DNA of 38,899 bases from Polyangium jinanense. Lineage in GTDB: Bacteria; Myxococcota_A; Polyangia; Polyangiales; Polyangiaceae. Every line of letters starts with the position of its first letter. Position 1 is the stretch's first letter. Shown one piece after another: positions 26,561-35,600 of the stretch. Both the position numbers and the translations under genes were made by a program. The notes beneath the pieces were generated by a model. The model did not search any database. It saw nothing but the letters and a program-made list of their open reading frames with translations, and was not told the origin of the DNA. The stretch spans positions 1 to 38,899 of the forward strand of contig NZ_JAGTJK010000012.1 of assembly GCF_028435265.1 (NCBI RefSeq), read 5' to 3'.

Positions 26561-27718
26561 ATGGCGCGTACCCTCCCAACCTTGGCGATCAGGGTTCAGG
26601 GGAAAATCGGCGACAAATACGAGCTCTCCGCCGTCCTCGGAGAGGGGGCGATAGGCACGGTCTACGCCGCGAAGAACCTGCGAACCGGCCGGCGCGTGGC
26701 GATCAAGTCGCTGCGGGGGAGCGTCCTCGACCCGCGGGATCCCGAGCTTTTGCGCTTCGACCAGGAGGCGCGCATCGCGGGTTCGCTCGAATCGGAGCAC
26801 ATCGCCCAGGTGCTCGACATCGAGCGGGATCCCGCCACGGACGCCCCGTTCCTCGTGATGGAACTGCTCCGCGGGGAGGACCTGCAATCCCTCCTCGACA
26901 GGGTCGGCCCCTTGCCGGTCGACGTGGCTTTGCGGATCGCGGCGCAGGTTTGCGCGGGGCTCGCGGCGGCGCATGCGGCGGGCGTGGTGCATCGGGACAT
27001 CAAGCCCGGCAATCTCTTTCTCGCGCGGCGGGAAGGCGGCGCAATCGTGGTCAAGATCCTCGATTTCGGCCTCGCCAAGATCCGGCGCCTCCCGCCGGAT
27101 CTTTCCACGAGCGCCGCGCCTTCGGCCCTCTCGGCGCCGCAGCAGTCCATGACCGAGACGGGGCAGCTCCTCGGCTCGCCGCTTTACATGTCGCCGGAGC
27201 AGCTCGACGGCGCGAAAGGCATCGACGCACGCAGCGACCTGTTTTCGCTGGCGGTGACGCTGTTCGCGATGCTCACCGGAAAGCCGCCGCATGCGGACGT
27301 CAAATCGTTCCCCTTGCTGCTCAACCATATCGCGACGAAGCCGATGCCCACGGTGCGCGAGGTCGTGCCGGGGGTCGGCCCCGACGTGGAGGCGCTCCTC
27401 GAACGGGCGTCACGGCTTTCGCGTGAAGAACGGTTCTCCAGCGCGGCGGCGATGCGCGAAGCGATGAAGCCCCTCTTGCCGGGAGGCATGGCGCTGCGGG
27501 AGGACATGCTCGTCGGCCGCAGGGACGCGTCCAGCGAGGTGGGCATGACCCACATGGAGAGCGATTCGTACGCCATGATCGAGCGCGCGGTGGCCGAGGA
27601 ACGGGCCCCGACGGAGGCGACGGTCTCGTCGCGCCCCCGGCGATGGCCTGTGTGGCTCGGGATCGCCGTCGTCCTGGTGGCGGCGGTCGTGATGGCCCTC
27701 GGGCTCCTTGGGCGCTAA
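26561..27718 (+). CDS. Ser/Thr protein kinase with C-terminal transmembrane anchor
   Basis: Hanks kinase motifs: GEGAIGTVYAA, AIK, HRDIKPGNLFL, DFGLAK, SPEQ. C-terminal WPVWLGIAVVLVAAVVMALGLLGR TM helix. Confidence 0.9.
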   Translation: MARTLPTLAIRVQGKIGDKYELSAVLGEGAIGTVYAAKNLRTGRRVAIKSLRGSVLDPRDPELLRFDQEARIAGSLESEHIAQVLDIERDPATDAPFLVMELLRGEDLQSLLDRVGPLPVDVALRIAAQVCAGLAAAHAAGVVHRDIKPGNLFLARREGGAIVVKILDFGLAKIRRLPPDLSTSAAPSALSAPQQSMTETGQLLGSPLYMSPEQLDGAKGIDARSDLFSLAVTLFAMLTGKPPHADVKSFPLLLNHIATKPMPTVREVVPGVGPDVEALLERASRLSREERFSSAAAMREAMKPLLPGGMALREDMLVGRRDASSEVGMTHMESDSYAMIERAVAEERAPTEATVSSRPRRWPVWLGIAVVLVAAVVMALGLLGR

Positions 27719-27726
27719 GGAGGGGC

Positions 27727-29445
27727 ATGAACCAGCGGGAAATCCTTGCTTTTATCGACCGGCTCCGGAAGGCGAGGACCTTCGAGGACGCCGCGCACAC
27801 CTTGCTGCGCGCGATGCTCGACGCGGCGCTCGCGGCGCTCGCGGAGAGCGGCTTCGCCGGCCGCGGCAAGATCCTCCGCGGCATGGCGCACTGGCGGCCC
27901 GGCGACGGCTACCGGCGACTGGTCCTTCTCGACGATACGCAGCGCGGCGGCGAGCCGACCATCAACTATTTGCCCTCCGTGAGCGCGTGGCGCTGGGTCG
28001 TCACGCGCGAATGCCCCATTGCGATCGACGTCCCGCTCGGTCGCGTATGGACGTGGCAAAACGAATCCGCGAACCTGTTCCAGGAGGGCGGATTTTCCGG
28101 TCAGGACAGCGTGCTTCGGCTGACGAGCCGCGACACGAGCCACCTCTACGCGATCCCGCTGCGCACCCTGCACGGCGCGATCGAGGGAATGGCCACGGTC
28201 GAGGCGGGGTGCCCGAGGGCCGTCGGCGACGATTTCATCTTCCCGGCCATTCACGAATCACTGGAGCTCCTCGCCGACCTCGCGGCGCCTTACCTCGCGA
28301 CCCTTCCGCCCCGGCCCGCGGCGACTGGCGCGACCGACGATCTCTTGCCCGTCATGGGCCAGAGCATGGCGGGCTTGATCGACATGCTCCGCGTCTTCGC
28401 GCAGCAGGAGGAGACCCTGCTCATCGGCGGTCCCACGGGTGCGGGCAAATCGCGCCTCGCGCGCTGGTGCCACGCGCGATCGGTCCGGCGTGAGGCGCCC
28501 TTCGAGGTCCTCGACCTCATCGCCGTGCCCGAAGAGCTGCAAATGGCGGAGCTCTTCGGCTGGAAAAAGGGCGCGTTCACGGGCGCGGTGCGCGACACGC
28601 CCGGGTGCATCACGCGGGCCTTCAAGGGGACGTTGTTCATCGACGAGATCGACAAACTCTCGCTGAAGGCGCAGGCGGGATTGCTCCAGCTCCTCGAATC
28701 GCGCACGTATCGCCCGATCGGGGACGGCGCGCGCGAGCAGCAGGCGAACGTGCGTTTCATCGTGGGGAGCAACGTCGACCTGTACGACCAGGTGAAGGCC
28801 GGACGGTTCCGGGAGGATCTTTATTATCGGATCAACGTGCTCCCGGTGCAGATCCCCCCGCTCGACGAGCGCCGGGACGAAATTGCGGAATGGGCGCGCT
28901 TCATGGCCTCGAGGCGCCATCGCGAATCGGTGCCGGGCGGGGAAGCGCGGATCGCGGCGGGCGTGGAGACGCTTCTCGGTGAGCATGCCTGGCCGGGCAA
29001 TTTGCGTCAGCTCGACAACGTCGTTCGCCGGGCCTATGCGCTCGCGCTCATGACGCACGGTGAGGCAGGGTCGGAGATCTTGCTGGAGGAAAAGCATTTC
29101 GCGCGCGCCCTGAGCTACGAGCGGGGGAGCGGGCGAAGGTCGACGCTCGACGACCTGCGCGTCGCGGCGGGCGCGATCGTGGAAGAGGCCGAGCGGCAGC
29201 AGGGAAAGGGCCTCGTGTTCGACCTGGATCTCTGCGATGCATTCCGCGGCCTCGTGCTCGGCACGGCGGTGGAGCGGCTCGGTAGCCGGGACGCGGCGTT
29301 CCGGCTTTTCGGGAAGGGCGCGCAGGTGCAGGCGCGCAATCACCACAAGATGCTGCGGCGCGAGCTGGAGAAGGTCGAGGCGCTTTGCAAGGCGCTCGGG
29401 GAGGAGAGCGGGCCCTTTCGGGAGCTGAGGGACGACGAGGCCTGA
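27727..29445 (+). CDS. Sigma-54-dependent transcriptional activator (bacterial enhancer-binding protein) with GAF-like N-terminal sensor domain
   Basis: Walker A GGPTGAGKS, GAFTGA sigma-54 contact loop (KGAFTGA), Walker B LFIDEID, arginine finger region REDLYYRINV. Perfect SD AAGGAGGGG immediately before ATG 27727. Starts 9 nt after the kinase stop. Confidence 0.9.
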   Translation: MNQREILAFIDRLRKARTFEDAAHTLLRAMLDAALAALAESGFAGRGKILRGMAHWRPGDGYRRLVLLDDTQRGGEPTINYLPSVSAWRWVVTRECPIAIDVPLGRVWTWQNESANLFQEGGFSGQDSVLRLTSRDTSHLYAIPLRTLHGAIEGMATVEAGCPRAVGDDFIFPAIHESLELLADLAAPYLATLPPRPAATGATDDLLPVMGQSMAGLIDMLRVFAQQEETLLIGGPTGAGKSRLARWCHARSVRREAPFEVLDLIAVPEELQMAELFGWKKGAFTGAVRDTPGCITRAFKGTLFIDEIDKLSLKAQAGLLQLLESRTYRPIGDGAREQQANVRFIVGSNVDLYDQVKAGRFREDLYYRINVLPVQIPPLDERRDEIAEWARFMASRRHRESVPGGEARIAAGVETLLGEHAWPGNLRQLDNVVRRAYALALMTHGEAGSEILLEEKHFARALSYERGSGRRSTLDDLRVAAGAIVEEAERQQGKGLVFDLDLCDAFRGLVLGTAVERLGSRDAAFRLFGKGAQVQARNHHKMLRRELEKVEALCKALGEESGPFRELRDDEA

Positions 29446-29450
29446 GCGCC

Positions 29451-29545
29451 CCGGGCTCCGCGTCCACGGATGACGCACGCGCGTACCTACGTTACGCGCG
29501 CCGAGCCTCGCTCGGGCCCCGCGTCCGAGCGAGGCTCGGGTGCAC
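29451..29545 (+). repeat. Double-dyad intergenic element, copy 1 (candidate enhancer/UAS)
   Basis: Dyad A CGCGCGTA-cctacgt-TACGCGCG (29478-29500). Dyad B CCGAGCCTCGCTCGG-gccccgcgt-CCGAGCGAGGCTCGG (29501-29539, perfect 15-bp arms). About 85% identical to 31447-31545. Confidence 0.6.
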
Positions 29546-29560
29546 GCAGCTCTCGCGTGT

Positions 29561-29577
29561 CGGCATGCGGGTTGCTT
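29561..29577 (+). promoter_or_regulatory. Candidate sigma-54 (-24/-12) promoter for astacin-propeller gene
   Basis: cGGCATGcgggTTGCTt versus consensus TGGCACG-N4-TTGCW. GG at 29562-63 and GC at 29574-75 (12-nt spacing). About 64 nt upstream of ATG 29641. Confidence 0.55.
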
Positions 29578-29640
29578 TGCGGCTATCCGCACCGCGAGCA
29601 ACGCGGCCCAACACAGTATCCCGCTGGAGCTTCGACACCC

Positions 29641-31431
29641 ATGAAACGTTATCATTCCATGGCGATTGCCATCGCGTCGGTCCTTGCCGTTTCCTACTCG
29701 TCGACCGGCTGCTCTGGCCCGGCCGAACCCTCCGCCGAGGAAAACGTTCAGACGGACGTGGCCCCGCTTTATGTAGCCTCGTCGAAGCTGTGGAGCGGAG
29801 AGTCCGTCCAGGTCTGCTGGGAAAACCCCAGCGCGGCGCCTCAAGCCGAGAGAGACTGGGTCAGACAAGCCGTCCTCGCGTCGTGGGACGCCCACACGCG
29901 GGTGGATTTCAATGGCTGGGGTACATGCACCAGCTCGTCGAATGGAATTCGCATCCGAATCTCCGATGAAGGCCCACACACAGATGGCCTCGGCACCGAT
30001 CTCGACGGCGAAACGGATGGTATGGTATTGAACTTTACCTTCCAAAACTGGTCCCCGGACTGTCAGAACTCGCGCCGGTTCTGCATCGAAGCAATCGCGG
30101 TGCACGAGTTCGGGCACGCGCTCGGATTCGCTCACGAGCAGAATCGGCCCGACACCCCGTCGTGGTGCGATGAGGAGCAGGGGAGCGACGGTGACCTCAC
30201 GCTAAACTTGTGGGATCTGGATTCGGTGATGAATTACTGCAATCCGGAATGGAACGGCAACGGCACGCTCAGCGAGAGCGACATCCAGGGCGCGATCCAG
30301 ATGTACGGCACTCCGCGATGGATAACGGAGTACGGCTATGTTCAGGGATGGCGTGTGGACAAGCACCCGCGTATGATGGCGGACGTCGACGAGGATGGAA
30401 AGCAGGATGTCGTCGCATTCGGCGATGCGGGGACGCTCGTGTCCAGGTCCACCGGGACCGGCTTCATGGCGCCGGAACTATGGGTGGACCAATATAATTA
30501 CAATCACGGCTGGCGCACCGAATATCACGAGCGGATGATGGCGGATGTCAACAACGATGGGAAGCCGGACGTGGTCGGCTTTGGGGACGCAGGCGTGCTG
30601 GTCTCGCTCTCGACGGGAAGCTCGTTTACGGCGCCGTCACTCTGGGTCGGCGATTATGGCTGGAATCAGGGCTACCGCGTGGACAAGCACCCGCGCATGA
30701 TGGCCGACGTCAACAACGATGGGAAGCCGGACGTCGTCGCTTTCGGGGACAATGGCGTGGTGGTCTCGCTCTCGACGGGAAGTTCGTTCACGGCGCCGTC
30801 GCTCTGGCTCGCCAATTACGGCTACAATCATGGCTATCGCATCGACCAGCACCCACGCATGATGGCCGACGTCAACAACGATGGGAAACAAGACGTCGTC
30901 GTCTTTGCCAACAACGGCGTGTACGTGGCGCTCTCGACGGGAAGCTCCTTCTCGACGCCATCGCTTTGGGTCGGGAATTATGGTTACAACCACGGCTACC
31001 GCGTGGACATGCATCCGCGGATGACGGCCGATGTCAACGGCGACGGGAAGCAGGACATCGTTGCCTTCGGTGACAACGGCGTGGTCGTGTCTACCTCGAC
31101 GGGAAGCTCCTTCACGACGCCCCAGCTCTGGGTCAACAGATTCGGGTATAATCAAGTCGGATGGCGCGTGGAACAGCACCCGCGCATGATGGCGGATGTA
31201 GACAATGACGGGAAAGATGACGTGGTCGGCTTTGGGGGCAACGGCGTTTATATCTCGCGCTCTACCGGGAGCTCGTTCGAGCTGCCGAGCCACCTGGTAG
31301 AAGGCTTCGGTTATGATTTCGGATGGCGCGTGGACATGCACCCGCGCATGATGGCGGATATCAATGGTGATGGAACGCAGGACGTGGTCGGCTTTGCAAA
31401 TGAAGGCGTCTTCGTCAGACAGACCTACTGA
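29641..31431 (+). CDS. Secreted lipoprotein: astacin-like zinc metalloprotease domain fused to 7 FG-GAP-like Ca-binding propeller repeats
   Basis: Lipobox signal MKRYHSMAIAIASVLAVSYSSTGC. HEFGHALGFAHEQNRPD matches the astacin signature HExxHxxGFxHEQxRxD. Met-turn SVMNY. Then 7 tandem 54-aa repeats, each with a DxNxDGxxD Ca-binding loop (ADVNNDGKPDVV), FGD.G and STGSSF. Confidence 0.85.
   Translation: MKRYHSMAIAIASVLAVSYSSTGCSGPAEPSAEENVQTDVAPLYVASSKLWSGESVQVCWENPSAAPQAERDWVRQAVLASWDAHTRVDFNGWGTCTSSSNGIRIRISDEGPHTDGLGTDLDGETDGMVLNFTFQNWSPDCQNSRRFCIEAIAVHEFGHALGFAHEQNRPDTPSWCDEEQGSDGDLTLNLWDLDSVMNYCNPEWNGNGTLSESDIQGAIQMYGTPRWITEYGYVQGWRVDKHPRMMADVDEDGKQDVVAFGDAGTLVSRSTGTGFMAPELWVDQYNYNHGWRTEYHERMMADVNNDGKPDVVGFGDAGVLVSLSTGSSFTAPSLWVGDYGWNQGYRVDKHPRMMADVNNDGKPDVVAFGDNGVVVSLSTGSSFTAPSLWLANYGYNHGYRIDQHPRMMADVNNDGKQDVVVFANNGVYVALSTGSSFSTPSLWVGNYGYNHGYRVDMHPRMTADVNGDGKQDIVAFGDNGVVVSTSTGSSFTTPQLWVNRFGYNQVGWRVEQHPRMMADVDNDGKDDVVGFGGNGVYISRSTGSSFELPSHLVEGFGYDFGWRVDMHPRMMADINGDGTQDVVGFANEGVFVRQTY
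30319..31428 (+). repeat. Tandem in-frame coding repeats, period 162 nt (54 aa), about 6.8 copies
   Basis: Repeat starts (Trp codons) at 30319, 30481, 30643, 30805, 30967, 31129, 31291. Units W..YGYNHGYRVD.HPRMMADVNNDGK.DVV.FGDNGV.VSLSTGSSFT.PSL with extended near-identical nucleotide stretches. Confidence 0.85.
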
Positions 31432-31446
31432 GGTCCGCTCCCATCG

Positions 31447-31545
31447 CCCGGAGCTCCGCGTCCACGGATGACGCACGCGCGTACCTACGTTACGCGCGCC
31501 GATCCCCGCTCGGGCCCCGCGTCCGGGCGAGGATCGTGTAGACGC
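31447..31545 (+). repeat. Double-dyad intergenic element, copy 2 (candidate enhancer/UAS)
   Basis: ccggagctccgcgtccacggatgacgcacgCGCGCGTAcctacgtTACGCGCGccgatccccgctcgggccccgcgtccgggcgaggatcg. Dyad A identical to copy 1. Dyad B retains 12/15 symmetry with one compensatory G:C to T:A change. Confidence 0.6.
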
Positions 31546-31591
31546 AGCTTTCACGTGTGCCTTTCGGGCCTGAAGCACCTCCGGACGACCT

Positions 31592-31608
31592 CTGGCACGA
31601 CGGGTGCA
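31592..31608 (+). promoter_or_regulatory. Candidate sigma-54 (-24/-12) promoter for downstream lipoprotein gene
   Basis: cTGGCACGacggGTGCAa. TGGCACG is a perfect -24 element. GC at 31606-07 is 12 nt after the GG. About 27 nt before SD AGGAGG and the TTG start at 31646. Confidence 0.6.
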
Positions 31609-31645
31609 ATGTCCGTGATCGTCACCTTCGACAGGAGGCTCTCTC

Positions 31646-32572
31646 TTGAACCCTGGAACCACGCTGCTTCGTTGTGCTTCGCCGTTCGTGTTCATCGCCA
31701 TGAGCCTCTATGGCCTGGGTTGCATGGCAGACCCCGAGGATCCGGGTTGGGATCCCGAGGGTGAGGTGCTCGGGGAGGCTCATCTCGGGTCAGGTGGCGA
31801 TCCGGGGACCACCAATCACTTGAGGTATCGGGTCACCCATAATCATGGCGTGCAGCGGACCGTTCGTGTGATCGGTAATGCCGCGCTGGCCCCTTCCGGC
31901 TTCCTGCCCAGCATGCCCGACATGCCATCGCCCAGCGCGGCGGGTGAGTGGGCAGGCGCCAGGGTCGAGTTTCTGGAGAAGCTCATCGGTTGCGCCTTGG
32001 CCGAGGGGACCACCGTGGGGGACACGGGACATATTGTCGGGTACATGACGAGTGGGGGGTTCTCCGTGCCCGTGTTCCAGCAGTACCATGGTGAGATCGG
32101 TCTTGCGCCGGACTGGAGCACGCGCGCGCTCACGACGGATGAAAAGAGGTGGGTCACGGCCTGCGTCGTGGCGCGCACCAACCGCTACGGCGCGACGATC
32201 AACATCCTGCTCGGAGGCGCTCACCCGGAGATCACCTATCGAGCCAGCGAGGCCTACCCCTACACGGTGCCGGAGTCGACGGTGTGGGGCAATATGTTCG
32301 ATTCTACAATGCCGCTGGGTAGCAACACCGATAGCACTCCAGCGTTCAATGCGTACATCTGTAGCGACGTGACGTTCTGCAGCTCTGCCGAGGGGGCGAC
32401 CCTCCGGGCATGTGACGCGACGTATACGCCCTGCGGCTTCAGCTACATGGGACTCTGCGACACCTTCGATGCCTTCTGCAGCGATCCGTTGCATTCGACG
32501 TTCGAGGGCTGCTCGAACCGCTCCTACGCGATTCACAGCTACTTGAAGGCGAGCGACGCGACTTGCCCTTGA
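31646..32572 (+). CDS. Secreted lipoprotein of unknown function with Cys-rich C-terminus (308 aa)
   Basis: TTG start 31646 with AGGAGG 6 nt upstream. Signal MNPGTTLLRCASPFVFIAMSLYGLGC (lipobox LGC). Mixed amino-acid composition, 12 Cys, 9 of them in the C-terminal third. Lower-GC codon usage. Confidence 0.6.
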   Translation: MNPGTTLLRCASPFVFIAMSLYGLGCMADPEDPGWDPEGEVLGEAHLGSGGDPGTTNHLRYRVTHNHGVQRTVRVIGNAALAPSGFLPSMPDMPSPSAAGEWAGARVEFLEKLIGCALAEGTTVGDTGHIVGYMTSGGFSVPVFQQYHGEIGLAPDWSTRALTTDEKRWVTACVVARTNRYGATINILLGGAHPEITYRASEAYPYTVPESTVWGNMFDSTMPLGSNTDSTPAFNAYICSDVTFCSSAEGATLRACDATYTPCGFSYMGLCDTFDAFCSDPLHSTFEGCSNRSYAIHSYLKASDATCP

Positions 32573-32614
32573 GCGCCCGCTCCGTCCGACGTTCCTGCGT
32601 TGCCGGACACTCGC

Positions 32615-35600
32615 TCACTCCATTCCCTTGGCCTCCTGAATGTTCGCCTGATGCGCCGCCGCGAGCCGCGGGTTTTCCCGGATCGCTGCCACGAACGCCT
32701 CGCCCGCCGCGCGCGCGGCTTTCTTTCGATCCTCTCCGCGTGAGACCCTCGCCCGTACCAGGAGGAGCTCCCCCTTCGCCACGAACGCTTGCGCGCTGTG
32801 CGGGTGAATGGCGAGCGCCTTCTCTGCGAATTCGAGCCCCACGTCGACATCAGCGTTCGCGCTTTTCTCGTGCCCATCCAACCACGGGGCCTTTTTCGCG
32901 TGAATCTCGGCGAGCATCTGATAGGGCCGAGGGTCGTTGCGCTCCTTCGCGACGAGAGGTCGCAGGACGGCCGCCGCGGCATCGAATCCTTGCTCGCGCG
33001 CCTCGCCGCTCACCGCGCGCGCGCGGGCGGCGAAGAGGTGGAGCCTGGCCAGGATATGGTGAGAATCGATGTCCCACGTGTCCTCCTCGGCGACCTTCTC
33101 CACGCGGTCCCGCACCGAAAGGAGCTCGGGGACGGGCAGGAGGCGGTTGGAGAGTGTGTGCTCGGCTTCGAGCAGCCGGAGCTCGGCGACCTCCATCAAC
33201 AAGAAGCCCGTCTCCGTGCCTGGCGTCGCGAATGCATGGATCTTCTCCAGGCCTGCGGCGATCGAGGCGCGAGGATCCTTGCCGACCGAGAGCTCGTACG
33301 CAGCCCGAACCCGCAACGATTTGGCCGCGTAGTAGGCGGGTAGAAAGCCTCCGAGGCTCCGCTGTTCGACCAGGGCTACGGCGTTCGAGAGTGCATCCAC
33401 GCTGCTCTGCGCTTCGAGCCCGTGCTCGGTCTCGTACACGAGCCTGTAGATGGCAGCGCGGATCTTGCCGAACATGGGCAAGGTGAAGCTCGGGTCCACT
33501 TCGATGGCTTGATCGAACCGCTGCGATGCGCTCCCGAGGAGCTGGCGAGGATCCTCGCCGTGGAGACGGTCGAACTCCGCTTTTATCAGATACGTTTGTC
33601 CGAGTTCGTTCAGCGCCCAGGTAAACCGAGGCTCGACGTCGAGGACGCGGTGGAACGCCGCTATCGCATCCTCGGCGGTCACGCGCTCGCCGCGCGCGGC
33701 CTGCCGCGCTGCCCGGACGTTCAATGTGGCAGCCAGCGCGTAAAGCGCCATCGCGTCCCGAGGGCGGACGCGTACGGCCTCTTCCACGGCCTGGAGGACG
33801 GCTTGCTGAGCCGCGTCCGCGTCATTCGCCTGGGCATTTTCCGTGAAAAATCGGTAATAAAGCGCGAGCGCACGTTCGACCCGCGCGGCGCCATCCAGGC
33901 TGCTTGATTGTACCGCCCGGGCGCAGGTGGCCTCCGCGTTACCGAACTCGATCTGCGCAGGTTTTCCCAGCGCTCCTGCCGCGAGCCCCATCTTCTCCCA
34001 AAGCTCACACTCCGCCCGATGCACCTCCGGATCACTCTCAGCCATCTCCGCCGCGACCTTGTACGCCTCGGCCGCCGGGCCAAACGACAGCATCATCTTG
34101 TCCCAATCGAACGCCGCGTCGTGCCGATACTTGCTCCCCTCCGCGAACAATGCATCCGCCTCGAGCTTCTTCGCCTCATACATCCATGGCGCCTGCTCGA
34201 AGGCCTCCCGCGCCTTCGCCCGCGCCTCCTCGTTTTTCCCCTCGTACAACGCGATGAGCCCCTCCACGTACGCCGGCGCCTCGATCTCCGCCCCCGACGC
34301 CGCCCTCAAATGACCGAGCGCCGGAGCTCGCAGCGCCGCCGCGAGCTCCGCCTCCCGCTTCTTGCGCTCCTCCGCGTTCGTGATCCGCTTCGTCTTCGCG
34401 AGCGCCCGCCGATAAAGCTCCCCGAGCGTCCGCCCCAGCGCGTATTCGAGCTCCGGCGATCGATACCCCGCGCCGACCGCCTTCTCCAGATGCTCCCGCG
34501 CCTTTTCCGGATCCCCCAGCGCGAGATATCCCCGCCCGAGCGCGTAATGCCCCGGGCCCTCGCCCACGCGCCCCGCCTCCTTCATCCGCTCCTCGATCGC
34601 CGAGAGCTTCCGCCGCACCACGTCCCGCTCGCGCTCCACGTCGTGCAGCGGCAGCTCGTAGGCCGCGCGCAAGAAGAGCTCCATCTCCTTCACCCGCTCG
34701 CCGAGCTCCTGCGCGATCCTCGCCTCGGCTGCCGCCTGCTGCCGTGCCTTCCACCACACGCCGGCGAGCGCCAGCGCCGCGACGAGGAGCACGCCGGAGA
34801 CCGCCGTCGCGAGCTTGTGTTTCCGCGCCTTCTTCCACAGCACGTACCCCACCGACGCCCGCCGCGCCAGAATCGGCTCTCCGTCCAAAAACCGCTGCAA
34901 ATCCTCGGCGAGCGCCCGCGCCGATTCGTATCGCCGCCCCGGATCTCGCTCCAGGCATTTCATCACGATCGTCTCGAGATCCGCCGGCACCCCTTTCTTC
35001 ACCTTCCCCAGCGCAGGCGCCTCCTCGAAGGCGACCATCATCAAAAGCTTCCACGTGTGTGGCGCGACGAACGGCGGCCGCTCCGCGACGACGTCGTAGA
35101 GCGTCGCGCCGAGCGAATATACGTCCGAGCGTCGATCCAGCGCTCGCACGTCGCCCTTTGCTTGTTCCGACGACATGAACGCCGGGGTCCCCAGCACCGC
35201 CCCCGTCACCGTCTCTCCTTTGTCCGCGACCTCCCGCGCCAGACCGAAATCCATCACGTAGGGCTTGATGTCCCCGTCCGCGCTCCTTTCGACCATGATG
35301 TTGCCGGGCTTGATGTCCCGGTGAATGAGCCCGAGCCGGTGCGCTTCGTGGACCGCGGCCGAGACCTCCCGCATCAGCTTCACGCGTTGTTCGAGCGATA
35401 GCTGTCCGGCCATTTTCGAGAGCGGTTCACCCTCGATGTATTGCATTGCGATGAAAGGCTCGCCGTCGGCCTCTCCGGCCTCGTAGATCCGGCAAACGTT
35501 CTCGTGCTGGACCTTCGCCTGCGACCGCGCCTCCTGGAGGAAACGCCGCCCGAGCTCCGGATCGCTGCCCTTGAGCAGCTTGAGCGCCACCGTGCGTCCG

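Noticed and set aside
28258-30135. 625-aa minus-strand ORF
   Set aside because: Antisense to the sigma-54 activator gene. Spans the intergenic repeat, which a real gene would not.
30319-31428. 162-nt tandem repeats considered as a non-coding repeat array
   Set aside because: Repeats are in-frame with the astacin ORF and encode conserved FG-GAP-like blades. Coding, not CRISPR or satellite.
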